DNA from: an uncultured Candidatus Saccharibacteria bacterium
GTDB lineage: Bacteria; Patescibacteriota; Minisyncoccia; Phycocordibacterales; CAIZLB01
Assembly (NCBI GenBank): GCA_964627085.1
Contig: CAZVIP010000001.1
Span: 3,654-67,653, forward strand
Reading direction: 5' to 3'
Length of the DNA: 64,000 nucleotides
The notes under the pieces are model-generated. The model was not told the origin of the DNA. It did no database searches and worked only from the letters and a program-made list of their open reading frames with translations. The translations under genes and the position numbers were made by a program. Below, piece by piece: positions 41,060-50,141 of the stretch (its first letter is position 1; each line of letters starts with the position of its first letter).

Positions 41060-41710
41060 ATGAAAAAGAAAAGATTGCTAGATGACAATAGCTTTGGACC
41101 AGAGATCAGCTCTAATGTAATCCCTGGCCAGATCCGGAAAACCACAGATCCAGATCAAATACATATTGATCACGGAGAGGATTATCGACCACCTACCCGT
41201 GATATACGTGCTGTATCTTTCTTTGTATGGATCCATAAAATGATCAATGCAAGGAAACTGACAGAAAACACAAGCCTCAGGCGGAAGCTCCTGGACGGAA
41301 GAAGGCTCGCAAGCTACTTTGACGGACTGCAAGAAGATGAGGTGTATGAAAAATTCCTTCAACTACACCACTTTGCCAACGATTTATCAGATAGCTCAGT
41401 GGATGAGGAGCGGTTTAAAGCGCTGAAAAACTTTGCTTGCTCGGCATTTAAAGATCTGTCACAAACCAGACACCCAGATGCGATGCATGTCTTTCGCAAA
41501 ATACAATCCAAGACGTTCTGCGAAGAAAATCTGTTTGTATGGCTTGAAGAGGCAAGTTCGAAAACACATCGCAAAGGGGCTGCCACAGGAACAATTCACA
41601 TTAGTGACCTAAGTAAATTCACAGATATGCTGAATTGCGAGAGTGACCCACCCGAAACACCAGCAAGGTCACCTTACGAAGTCTGGCTACTGATAGCACC
41701 CGAACACTAA
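41060..41710 (+). CDS. Hypothetical protein (cargo 3)
   Basis: ORF divergent from TrmB-3; ATG 41060 after an A/C-rich leader; terminator at 41726-41761. Confidence 0.65.
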   Translation: MKKKRLLDDNSFGPEISSNVIPGQIRKTTDPDQIHIDHGEDYRPPTRDIRAVSFFVWIHKMINARKLTENTSLRRKLLDGRRLASYFDGLQEDEVYEKFLQLHHFANDLSDSSVDEERFKALKNFACSAFKDLSQTRHPDAMHVFRKIQSKTFCEENLFVWLEEASSKTHRKGAATGTIHISDLSKFTDMLNCESDPPETPARSPYEVWLLIAPEH

Positions 41711-41725
41711 AAGCTTATATCTTCG

Positions 41726-41761
41726 AACACCTCTTGTTGCATTCGTGCAGCAAGAGGTGTT
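41726..41761. terminator. Bidirectional terminator with UUCG loop
   Basis: AACACCTCTTGTTGCA-TTCG-TGCAGCAAGAGGTGTT. Confidence 0.8.
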
Positions 41762-41799
41762 TTACCTATACACAAAACAGAAGAAAATTGGTTTTGAGA

Positions 41800-42627
41800 T
41801 CAGAAAGAATTGTCAATTTTATTTGCACACATCCCCCAGGCAATATCAAAAACCATTTTTATCATACCGTAAAAAGCCTCATCTTCGATAACTACCCCTA
41901 TAATCTTCTTATCTTCATGTTGTTTTCCTAGTTTGAACATTGCTATTTTATTTTTTCCATACAACGTCATTTCGCTTGCCCAAGGAAAGATTTCCTTGTT
42001 GACTTTCCTGATCTGAGGAAAGTATCTTGTATTCTTCATAAAACCATATACGTTCTCGGCAAAAGAGTTTCCGTACTTATCATCAGGGACAAGTGCGCGC
42101 ATGGTAATTTTTTGCGACAATTTACCTTTTGTAAACTCAGATTGCTCCTGTTTAGAAAGATACCCATCAAAAGCCTTTGCATTGAATATTGTGGACATCT
42201 CATAATTTTTATACCTGAGCATGTCAAAATATATTTCTTTGATTTCACTATATCCATTGAAAATGGATATTTTAGGCAATGCTCCGAAAGAAGAAAACAA
42301 CTCCGTAAGATGAGGAATAGCTTTTTTAATTCCGGCCATTTTTTTATTAAAATCTTTATGTTGATATTCGATATAACTCAATAGTTTTTCAGGTGAAGAT
42401 AATATGTAAAAAACTTTTTTATTTTTCTCTACATCAGAAACCAAACCTTTGATAGCAAGAGACGTGAGTGTCTTGTAGCATGTACTCCTGTTTATATGAG
42501 CCTCTTTAGCAATTGCTGAGGGAAAACCTTGTCCACCCAGCCTAAACAATGAGACGTAAACTATTTTTTCTTTGTCAGATAATCCCATATTCTCCATTTG
42601 TTGTACGAGATATTTGAGTGTTTGCAT
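41800..42627 (-). CDS. TrmB-family transcriptional regulator 4
   Basis: GLSDKEKIVYVSL...IAKEAHINRSTCY..L..L..KGLV; EMTLYGKNKI; FDIAW. Confidence 0.9.
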   Translation of the reverse strand: MQTLKYLVQQMENMGLSDKEKIVYVSLFRLGGQGFPSAIAKEAHINRSTCYKTLTSLAIKGLVSDVEKNKKVFYILSSPEKLLSYIEYQHKDFNKKMAGIKKAIPHLTELFSSFGALPKISIFNGYSEIKEIYFDMLRYKNYEMSTIFNAKAFDGYLSKQEQSEFTKGKLSQKITMRALVPDDKYGNSFAENVYGFMKNTRYFPQIRKVNKEIFPWASEMTLYGKNKIAMFKLGKQHEDKKIIGVVIEDEAFYGMIKMVFDIAWGMCANKIDNSF

Positions 42628-42834
42628 ATGTTTAATATACTACCATATTGTTCGTTTGTGCGAACAAGAATCTCTTATACATAGAATACCCTTATACATA
42701 AACATATAATCCATCAGTATTGTATGAATACAGTAACAGATTGTGTAATCCATGCTTATCTACACCTTGGATTGAGTCCACCTATCTACGACTAACTAGC
42801 AGTAGATATATAGTCACAACAAAATATACATATT

Positions 42835-43422
42835 ATGAACGTAAAAAAATACCCATCCCAAGAATCACTCAGCAACGCCCTGGCAGATATCAGTTCCATC
42901 TTCCCTATCCACATGGACACCAATACATCTTTTACCCATTGCAATCAAGGTTTAGTAGAGAAAAATCCTGCAGTATTGGTCCCAGTATTCAGTGGCTTGG
43001 CTCCCGAGACACCTCCCAATTGCCGGCCAGCTACCTTTGAGGAATTAATTGCCTTTAGCGAGGAGTGTGAATTCGAATCTGATGAAGACAGCGAGGAGAG
43101 CCCAGGTTCCCGACTTATTAAAGACACCGCAGGTATCATCCTTGCAACTGGAACAAAACTCTATAAGCTAGGTGAAAATATCGAAGGCTTATTCCCTTCA
43201 TTTATCCCCTTCTTCTACCCAAAAAGAAGCTGGAAATTCTGGGGTCGAGGCTATTCACCTAAATTCGAAAGGTCTTTCTCACTTTTACAAAACAGCGGAA
43301 GACTCAACATTCTTCAACTGATCGAAAGTTTGACTGACCCTAGAACATTAAAACACCCCACTTGGTTCAAGGATGATTCGGGTATAGACAGCATTCCAAG
43401 GGTGTTGTATATCAAAACATAG
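42835..43422 (+). CDS. Hypothetical protein (cargo 4; RPATFEELIAF family)
   Basis: 195-aa ORF divergent from TrmB-4; long hairpin at 43432-43486 downstream. Confidence 0.7.
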   Translation: MNVKKYPSQESLSNALADISSIFPIHMDTNTSFTHCNQGLVEKNPAVLVPVFSGLAPETPPNCRPATFEELIAFSEECEFESDEDSEESPGSRLIKDTAGIILATGTKLYKLGENIEGLFPSFIPFFYPKRSWKFWGRGYSPKFERSFSLLQNSGRLNILQLIESLTDPRTLKHPTWFKDDSGIDSIPRVLYIKT

Positions 43423-43675
43423 TGTTTTCTTGCCCTCCTATTTATTTGATATATACAAGTGTTGATATCAAATAAAATGGGAGGGCTTTATCTTTTTCAC
43501 ACTAATCAACGACCCAAGCGAAAGCTGGTGGGTCTTTTTTTGTTAACATAATATTTATCAATTGCTGACATAGATCGTGCAATCCACACAAATAAATCGG
43601 CCCAACCTAATATATCCGACTGCAACACTCGAAGAAGATATGAGTAGAAAAAATATTTAATGCTAAAATCAAATT

Positions 43676-44015
43676 AACCATAGGACGTTTGATGCTTGAA
43701 CCTCCGATTTGGTTTCTAGCGCTGAAGCCACCAGGTTATCTTTTTTCCATGGTCTAGTCAGAGAAAAAAGGTTCTTGACCACCAATCTTGAGCCCAAAAA
43801 AGCGCCTCACCCGACGTTAGAGGGTCTGAAATTGTAATGCGGACCCGCTCTAGTTAATGTAAGCAACCCACCCTTCTGTAGTTATCTACTAAACAAGCAT
43901 CTGAATAAGGAAGCCAGTGGACTTACATTAACTAGGCGGGACGCTTTAGGACTCAAATTTGCACATTGTTTTGAACATAATTCATTCCAGACCGGACCTT
44001 TGTTCGGTCTTTTTT
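43676..44015 (+). ncRNA. Candidate structured RNA (unclassified; may carry a 21-aa ORF)
   Basis: TGnTAAAAT at 43661, several nested stems including a perfect 14-bp helix, terminator at 43989-44015, no long ORF. Confidence 0.4.
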
Positions 44016-44068
44016 ATAAGGTCACAAACTGTGACCTTAGTGAAAACTTAGGAGTTAATCACAATGAA

Positions 44069-44818
44069 TTAAACACACATCCCCCAGGCAAACAAAAACA
44101 CCTGCTTGAACATATTTGAAATTGTTGGTGATGTGATAGTTACCGCATATACATGACCGTCTTTGAGTGAAAAAAGAGCCACACGCTCATCTGCAATAAT
44201 CATTGTCGAATGAAACATATGCTGTGCAGGTAAAAATCTAACCTCGCGGAACTGGTCATTTGTATATGCAGACAGACCAAGATCCTTTGCAAAATCAGGT
44301 GCGAGTAGATGTGTGAAAATTTTAAGCTTGTTTTTTCGAGCGAGCACAGCTGGCAGATACTTTGGGAAATATTCCAATAACTCCGGATGTGAAATTGTAT
44401 ATAAATTTCGATCGTCCCGAGTTTCAAGCATGTCATATAGACCCCCGATAATATCTTTTATCGAATCTTTTCCTTCATAAAACCTTACTTCTGGCTGTGG
44501 CCCAGACTTTTGCATCATAGATTCCAACTCTGGAAATATCTCTTTTATCTTTTCTGCCTTTTGCTCTGCACTTTTGACGAGACGCCTCGGATGCTCTGCA
44601 AACCAATATGCGACCTGATTTTTCTTAAAAATACCCACCAAATTAAGCTTTTTGAGTCTTTCGAGGTCATTGTAAACAGTAGTTCTTGGGAAATTGACCT
44701 GTTTTGAGATTTGAAAAACAGTCTGATCCTTATTAGCGAGGAGATATAGATAAATAGCAATCTCACGTTCATTGAGGCCAAATTCGAGTAGATTTTGGGT
44801 TAAAGAGTCTTGTGTCAT
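44069..44818 (-). CDS. TrmB-family transcriptional regulator 5
   Basis: FGLNEREIAIYLYLL...FPRTTVY..L..L...NLV; FYEGKDS; FLFAW. Confidence 0.9.
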   Translation of the reverse strand: MTQDSLTQNLLEFGLNEREIAIYLYLLANKDQTVFQISKQVNFPRTTVYNDLERLKKLNLVGIFKKNQVAYWFAEHPRRLVKSAEQKAEKIKEIFPELESMMQKSGPQPEVRFYEGKDSIKDIIGGLYDMLETRDDRNLYTISHPELLEYFPKYLPAVLARKNKLKIFTHLLAPDFAKDLGLSAYTNDQFREVRFLPAQHMFHSTMIIADERVALFSLKDGHVYAVTITSPTISNMFKQVFLFAWGMCV

Positions 44819-44994
44819 AAATATGGACAACAATAGTATATATAATATATGGCTATGTGTAAAGCTATTCGTGTGTTTATATTTCTAGACTGCCATTTTT
44901 TATGACACATATTGACTATAGTAGTATTCTATTGTGTAGAACAAATCCGTTCTTCACAAACAACAAAAACACAACAAATAGAAATCAAGACAAT

Positions 44995-45468
44995 ATGACT
45001 CACTCAAAATTACTCGCCAGCATGCTTTTCGCTGAAAAAGACTATGTGATGGGAATTTACTGTAAGGGTAAGTTTTACATTCATTGGAATTTCGAAGCCA
45101 GTACAACTCAGCCATTAACAGGCACTCTTCCAGACGGTAAAACTTGGACATCTGAACCCCTAGGGGAATTGCACTCGTCCGTGTCTTTGTTGCATGAATA
45201 TGCAGACAAAGAATTCAGAATGGCAACTATCAGAAAAAAGGACTTGCTAGCCGATGGGACTCTGGTTAAGGTAGACCTCTATTTCGATGCAATCCTTGAT
45301 ACAGCGGGTTTAAGTGACAACGACAAACATTTTGCTGAAATCCCAAAGGAAGTTTTGACTCTGCTAGACGAAGGAAAGGATCCCTGCGTTGAAGAGTGCG
45401 GGAGTAGTATCAACACCGTGCTCATCCCCTTCGACTTTACCAACGTGGTCTTAATTGGCTACGAATAA
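44995..45468 (+). CDS. Hypothetical protein (cargo 5)
   Basis: ORF divergent from TrmB-5; terminator ATAGCCATCCGC / GCGGATGGCTAT at 45496-45525. Confidence 0.65.
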   Translation: MTHSKLLASMLFAEKDYVMGIYCKGKFYIHWNFEASTTQPLTGTLPDGKTWTSEPLGELHSSVSLLHEYADKEFRMATIRKKDLLADGTLVKVDLYFDAILDTAGLSDNDKHFAEIPKEVLTLLDEGKDPCVEECGSSINTVLIPFDFTNVVLIGYE

Positions 45469-45610
45469 ATGCGAAGGGTCACCAAAGTAACAAACATAGC
45501 CATCCGCATTCAAGCGGATGGCTATTTCTTTTATTAAAAACCCAGACTTGGTCCTCAGTCGTTATGATTATCAATCTTGCAAACCCCTCATTTTCCCTTA
45601 TAATCAAGCC

Positions 45611-46183
45611 ATGTTAATACCAACAGTAATCGAAAAATCACAATTCGGGGAGCGAGCATATGATATATACTCTCGCCTACTTCGAGAAAATATTATTTTC
45701 CTAGGAGGACCAATTGATGACAATGTCGCGAATATTGTCATTGCGCAACTTCTCTTTCTCCAATCTGAAAATCCAAAAAAAGACATCAGTCTCTATATCA
45801 ACTCACCTGGAGGATCTGCTTCTGCAACCCTTGCAATGATTGATACGATTAATCATATCAAGAATGATGTATCTACCATTTGTATCGGCATGGCAGCTTC
45901 TGGAGGCGCATGGCTTCTCTCAGCGGGCACAAAAGGCAAGAGATATGCTCTTGCAAACTCTGAGGTTATGATTCACCAACCACTCGGTGGTGCAGAAGGT
46001 CAGGCTACAGATATCGAGATTACTGCCAAGCACATCGTTGGGCTCCGCAAGCGACTTGCTGAAATTATGGCAAAGAATACTGGCCAGAAGTTTGAAAAAG
46101 TTCAGCAGGATCTAGAGCGAGACTTCTTTATGTCTGCAGATGAGGCAAAGAAATACGGTATCATCGATAAAGTCCTCAGCTAG
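45611..46183 (+). CDS. clpP: ATP-dependent Clp protease proteolytic subunit
   Basis: [36 protein letters not shown] 45611 lies 6 nt after TATAAT. Confidence 0.97.
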   Translation: MLIPTVIEKSQFGERAYDIYSRLLRENIIFLGGPIDDNVANIVIAQLLFLQSENPKKDISLYINSPGGSASATLAMIDTINHIKNDVSTICIGMAASGGAWLLSAGTKGKRYALANSEVMIHQPLGGAEGQATDIEITAKHIVGLRKRLAEIMAKNTGQKFEKVQQDLERDFFMSADEAKKYGIIDKVLS

Positions 46184-46305
46184 TTTATAGTTTTGTTTAT
46201 TTTGACAATTTGAGCTTTACACACAAAACAAAAACCACCAGCACAGGTGGTTTTTGTTTTTCTTCATGCTTCCAAAGAAATATTGATTCTTTACATATTT
46301 TTTTA

Positions 46306-48297
46306 CTACAGTGTTACAACTGGTGTTCTCAATGCTTCAAGTCCCCATATTTGAGTTGTGGTACCATTCTGTCCTCCCCAATAAAATGCATCAATAAACA
46401 TTTGATAGTTATTTAATGTTGTTTGTTTTGGAAAACCAGTAAATACCCTAACCTCCACATTTGAGATAGAACCATCCGCAATTGGTTGATTTGGTGTGGT
46501 CGAAACACTTATATATGGTTGATATACAGAGTTTTTATCCAAGTAACTTACGAAGCCGTTTTTACTCAAACCAATTCTGAAATCACTAATTACAGGTGCT
46601 GCAAAGCTTGCTCCCTTTGCCTCAATTTGCATATTGAATTTCGCACTAAGCGCACTCGTTGTACTCGTATTGTACTGATCTAATATTGGTGAGTCGACAA
46701 AGATAATGTTAGGGGCCGCAGGATACATAGTATACCTATTGCCACCGATTACAGTTTTATTTACTGTATCAGTAACCCCATTGTTATAAGTTACCTCAGT
46801 AAGCGAAACCGTGATAGGACTACCCGGTATTGTATTTGGTGCAAAATCCGCCTTAACAATTAAGTATTGTGACAAATCTTTTCCAACAGGAATAGCTAAG
46901 TCTTTGAACTCAACTATATATGAAGCTGGTGACACAGTTGAATACAATACCTTAGAGGAATCATTGCTTAGTGACATGGTCTTTGGAACCAAGCCAGATA
47001 CAGCAAACTTCACACTCTTTATTGTTGAGCTCGCATTTGTAGACTTCGCCGAGAATCTAAAAACAGGATTGTTTTGTGATCCTAATGTTGGACTTACAAC
47101 AATATTTCTTCCAGTTAGTGGAGAAGTTGTTGTTGCAACAACGAGCACGGCAGGCGTTACTACGAACGGCGTACAATCACTGTCAGCCATATCAATAGTC
47201 ATATCATAATCATTATCTACACCATCAGTACAAAGCGCATATGTATTCTCGACTGGAATTACAACAGGTTTACCTGAGAATTCGATAGTCTTACGGAATG
47301 CATCACCATCAAATGAATAGTATCCGACTAATCCAGCAGGATTAGTTGCAGTGATAGATTTGGCTTGGTAACCATCAATAGAGACAATTCTATCTATATC
47401 AACCACGTTTGTCTCAAAATACACCTGAAGCTTTTTTCCATAACCAGCTTGAATAGGTATATTAAGACCGCTCAATCGTGCGTAATAATCATTATTTGCA
47501 TCCCTAGTAAAAGTACTCATTGTGTTTACTGGTATATTCAATAACACAGTATTTCCTTCTTTTAGGATAATTCTCTTAATGAGAGCCGCCGGATTTTCTC
47601 TAACCAAGACATTTGTAGCCCCTGGTATTACATTTGAATTCTGCGCAACACTAACCTCAAGGTCAATTGAACTGACTGTTTGAGCAGTTCCGGTTGCTGC
47701 TAAATCTAGATTATAGACAACACTTGTTGTACCACTTTGCTGTTTCGAAGGCACATTTGGCATACCAGCAGCGGGTGGGACAACTATTATTGCACCCTTG
47801 AACTGTGTCTTTGCTTCAATTGTGAAAACACCACTTCTAGATTCGACATTATATCTATTCACAAGCTGAATTTGATATCTGCCATCTTTGAGATCTTTTG
47901 GTACATAGAAATCGAATGTACTCTGCCCAGACTTTGTCTGCCCTACCGGGATCACATTAGTTGTCTCCGAAGAAGTTGCCGGCAGCCTAATAATTGAAAC
48001 TCTGTACGGCTCTCCGTTATTTCCCCTCCACGAAATCTTATACATCTGTCCTGGACGAAGATTGTCACCAGCCAAAGGCGAGGTAATCGTCACTTGCCCA
48101 GCGACTGAATTGATACATTTATTTATTCTTGTCTGGCCCGTGTCTCCTTTTTGATCAGAGAGACATTTAATCACACCTATGAGCTGATCTCTGTTTAGAG
48201 AATCCAGCGCCGGTGTTGTTACACTTTGCTCTGAGCGAGCAAAGACCGGTATACACGCTACAAACGCAAGGCATGCAGCAGCTAATGTCTTTTTCAT
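46306..48297 (-). CDS. Secreted/surface protein with Ig-like beta domains and a CxDGxDNDxD Ca-binding-like motif
   Basis: Signal peptide ending ...PVFA; ITSP..G....G..Y.ISW...G.Y.I...S..FTI Ig-like domain; CTDGVDNDYDMTIDMADSDC. Confidence 0.7.
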   Translation of the reverse strand: MKKTLAAACLAFVACIPVFARSEQSVTTPALDSLNRDQLIGVIKCLSDQKGDTGQTRINKCINSVAGQVTITSPLAGDNLRPGQMYKISWRGNNGEPYRVSIIRLPATSSETTNVIPVGQTKSGQSTFDFYVPKDLKDGRYQIQLVNRYNVESRSGVFTIEAKTQFKGAIIVVPPAAGMPNVPSKQQSGTTSVVYNLDLAATGTAQTVSSIDLEVSVAQNSNVIPGATNVLVRENPAALIKRIILKEGNTVLLNIPVNTMSTFTRDANNDYYARLSGLNIPIQAGYGKKLQVYFETNVVDIDRIVSIDGYQAKSITATNPAGLVGYYSFDGDAFRKTIEFSGKPVVIPVENTYALCTDGVDNDYDMTIDMADSDCTPFVVTPAVLVVATTTSPLTGRNIVVSPTLGSQNNPVFRFSAKSTNASSTIKSVKFAVSGLVPKTMSLSNDSSKVLYSTVSPASYIVEFKDLAIPVGKDLSQYLIVKADFAPNTIPGSPITVSLTEVTYNNGVTDTVNKTVIGGNRYTMYPAAPNIIFVDSPILDQYNTSTTSALSAKFNMQIEAKGASFAAPVISDFRIGLSKNGFVSYLDKNSVYQPYISVSTTPNQPIADGSISNVEVRVFTGFPKQTTLNNYQMFIDAFYWGGQNGTTTQIWGLEALRTPVVTL

Positions 48298-48975
48298 TTA
48301 TTATTGTGCTAAGAAGTAAAGAATCAATATTCTTTGGGACGTAGAGTGATAATAACACAATTGTCCTTTATACAAAATTAATCTGTTGATAAGTGTCCTT
48401 TATTGTTTGTTTCTTGCAAGAAATTCAAGCATTGATAAAAGACATTATACGGAGTTTATGTTTGTTCTTTATTTTTAAGAGCTCACACACAAAGTGTTTT
48501 CATTTATTTTTTTGTGATTTTCTTTATCTGTTTTTCATCACAGAAAATGTATTAAATATTTTTTATTGTGTACTCATCTTTTACGTAATGCATTTTGTGC
48601 TATGTATTTGGTACTATTTACAAAACACAAATATGTATTCTTATGTTTTTGCCAAAACTGCCCTGCGAGAGAATTTCTCTATTGTATTGAATATGATTTG
48701 AATTATCTGGATATTGTACAACTGATAAATTTGATACATCAGTTGTAGGGCTATAAATATGACTATATTCAAGTGCTCTGTATTCTATTTATATTTACAG
48801 ATACATGTTTACTCATTTTCTTTCGCAAAATAATTTTAACTGTTGATTTATAAAGCTTTTTTTAACTAACCCAAGAATCCATTGCATCTCATTGCTTGAA
48901 AATACGGCTTAATATATAATTATTGCGTAACCCGTTCCGGTCGAATTACAAGCAATCAAACCGAACATAAATAAT

Positions 48976-49248
48976 ATGAACAAAGCAGCACTCGTAGACA
49001 AAGTACACGAAGCACTAGGATCAACAAAGGTTCAGGCTGAATCTATTGTTGACTTGATTTTCGATACAATCACAGGGTCTTTGAAAAAAGGCAATGAAGT
49101 ATCAGTAGCAGGCTTCGGTATCTTCTCTGCAAAGCAGCGAGCCGCTCGTTCAGCTCGAAACCCTCGAACTGGCGAAATGGTAAAGGTTGCAGCTATGAAG
49201 GTTCCAAAGTTCAGAGCCGCTAAGGCTTTGAAGGACGCAGTTAAATAA
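48976..49248 (+). CDS. hup: DNA-binding protein HU
   Basis: MNKAALV...GFGIF...RAARSARNPRTGE...PKFRAAKALKDAV; terminator at about 49322-49360. Confidence 0.97.
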   Translation: MNKAALVDKVHEALGSTKVQAESIVDLIFDTITGSLKKGNEVSVAGFGIFSAKQRAARSARNPRTGEMVKVAAMKVPKFRAAKALKDAVK

Positions 49249-49565
49249 TCTGCAATCACCTTCCTATCACCAATTTTGGTGATTTTAGAGAATATGCTCG
49301 CGGTTAGCGACAATCATTCTCAACAAAAAAACTCCGACACCACTCGGAGTTTTTTTGTTTTTTGTAAGCAATATTACTTACCCCGAACTCCCTACAGACA
49401 AAGATACTCTTGGTGTTGATTTGTAATGAAATTGATAAGGAAATAAGGAGGGTCTAAAAGCGGAGGTAAAGTAAAAACACCCAGAGCTCCGAGGAGATAG
49501 GTGTTGGTTGAAAGTTTTAAGAGAATTGAACTCTACGGTTGCTTCACCGGGTGGGTTTACCACCA

Positions 49566-49928
49566 TTAACCACAATCGTAGGCAGCTTTGATTGTATGGA
49601 TTTCATCCCAGCCTAAACCAGGAACTTCGACGATTTTCTTCCAGACGCGCCAGTAGTTCATCATTTTACCGAGTTGGATACGTTCGTCGTAACCAAGCTT
49701 AGCGATCCGAGGTTCAAGAAAGTCTGCCACGGCCTGACTAGTTAGGTATCCTGCTCCACCAAACAAAATGAGTTCATCATCTGTCATGTGACGAAGCAAG
49801 CCTTTAAGTAAAGGTAGGTCTTCGTCTGCGAACTGACGTTTACCACTCACTTTGGCGATTGTGACTAGCTCTGCCACAAGAGTTTTTGCTGCAACTGCAA
49901 TTCTGTCCTTACTTTCCGGTGTATTCAT
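49566..49928 (-). CDS. Hypothetical protein (cargo 6)
   Basis: 120-aa ORF divergent from TrmB-6, with TTGACT-17-TATACT promoter at about 50052-50080. Confidence 0.6.
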   Translation of the reverse strand: MNTPESKDRIAVAAKTLVAELVTIAKVSGKRQFADEDLPLLKGLLRHMTDDELILFGGAGYLTSQAVADFLEPRIAKLGYDERIQLGKMMNYWRVWKKIVEVPGLGWDEIHTIKAAYDCG

Positions 49929-50141
49929 ATTTTTTCAAGGTTAAGTGTAGTAAAAGGATTTAATCCGCTTGGCGATTGCCAGCAGGTCGACTATCTCCTT
50001 TCTCCTACACTCAACTTTGGCACCCTTCAATGAACTTGACTTTCTGGTATAAGTATAGCCTAATAATGGTATTTAGTCAATACCTATTGACTACCAAATT
50101 TTTGACCTTTACAGTATATAAATAAAAGCTAAAATTAATGC

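Noticed and set aside
48298-48975. ORFs 48393..48701 and 48566..48748
   Set aside because: Very AT-rich, Phe/Cys/Ile-biased translations typical of spurious ORFs; more likely the regulatory region of two divergent genes or a decayed gene.
49378-49575. 65-aa ORF overlapping the end of cargo 6
   Set aside because: No recognisable features. It could be a frameshifted tail of cargo 6, but this cannot be supported without homologs.
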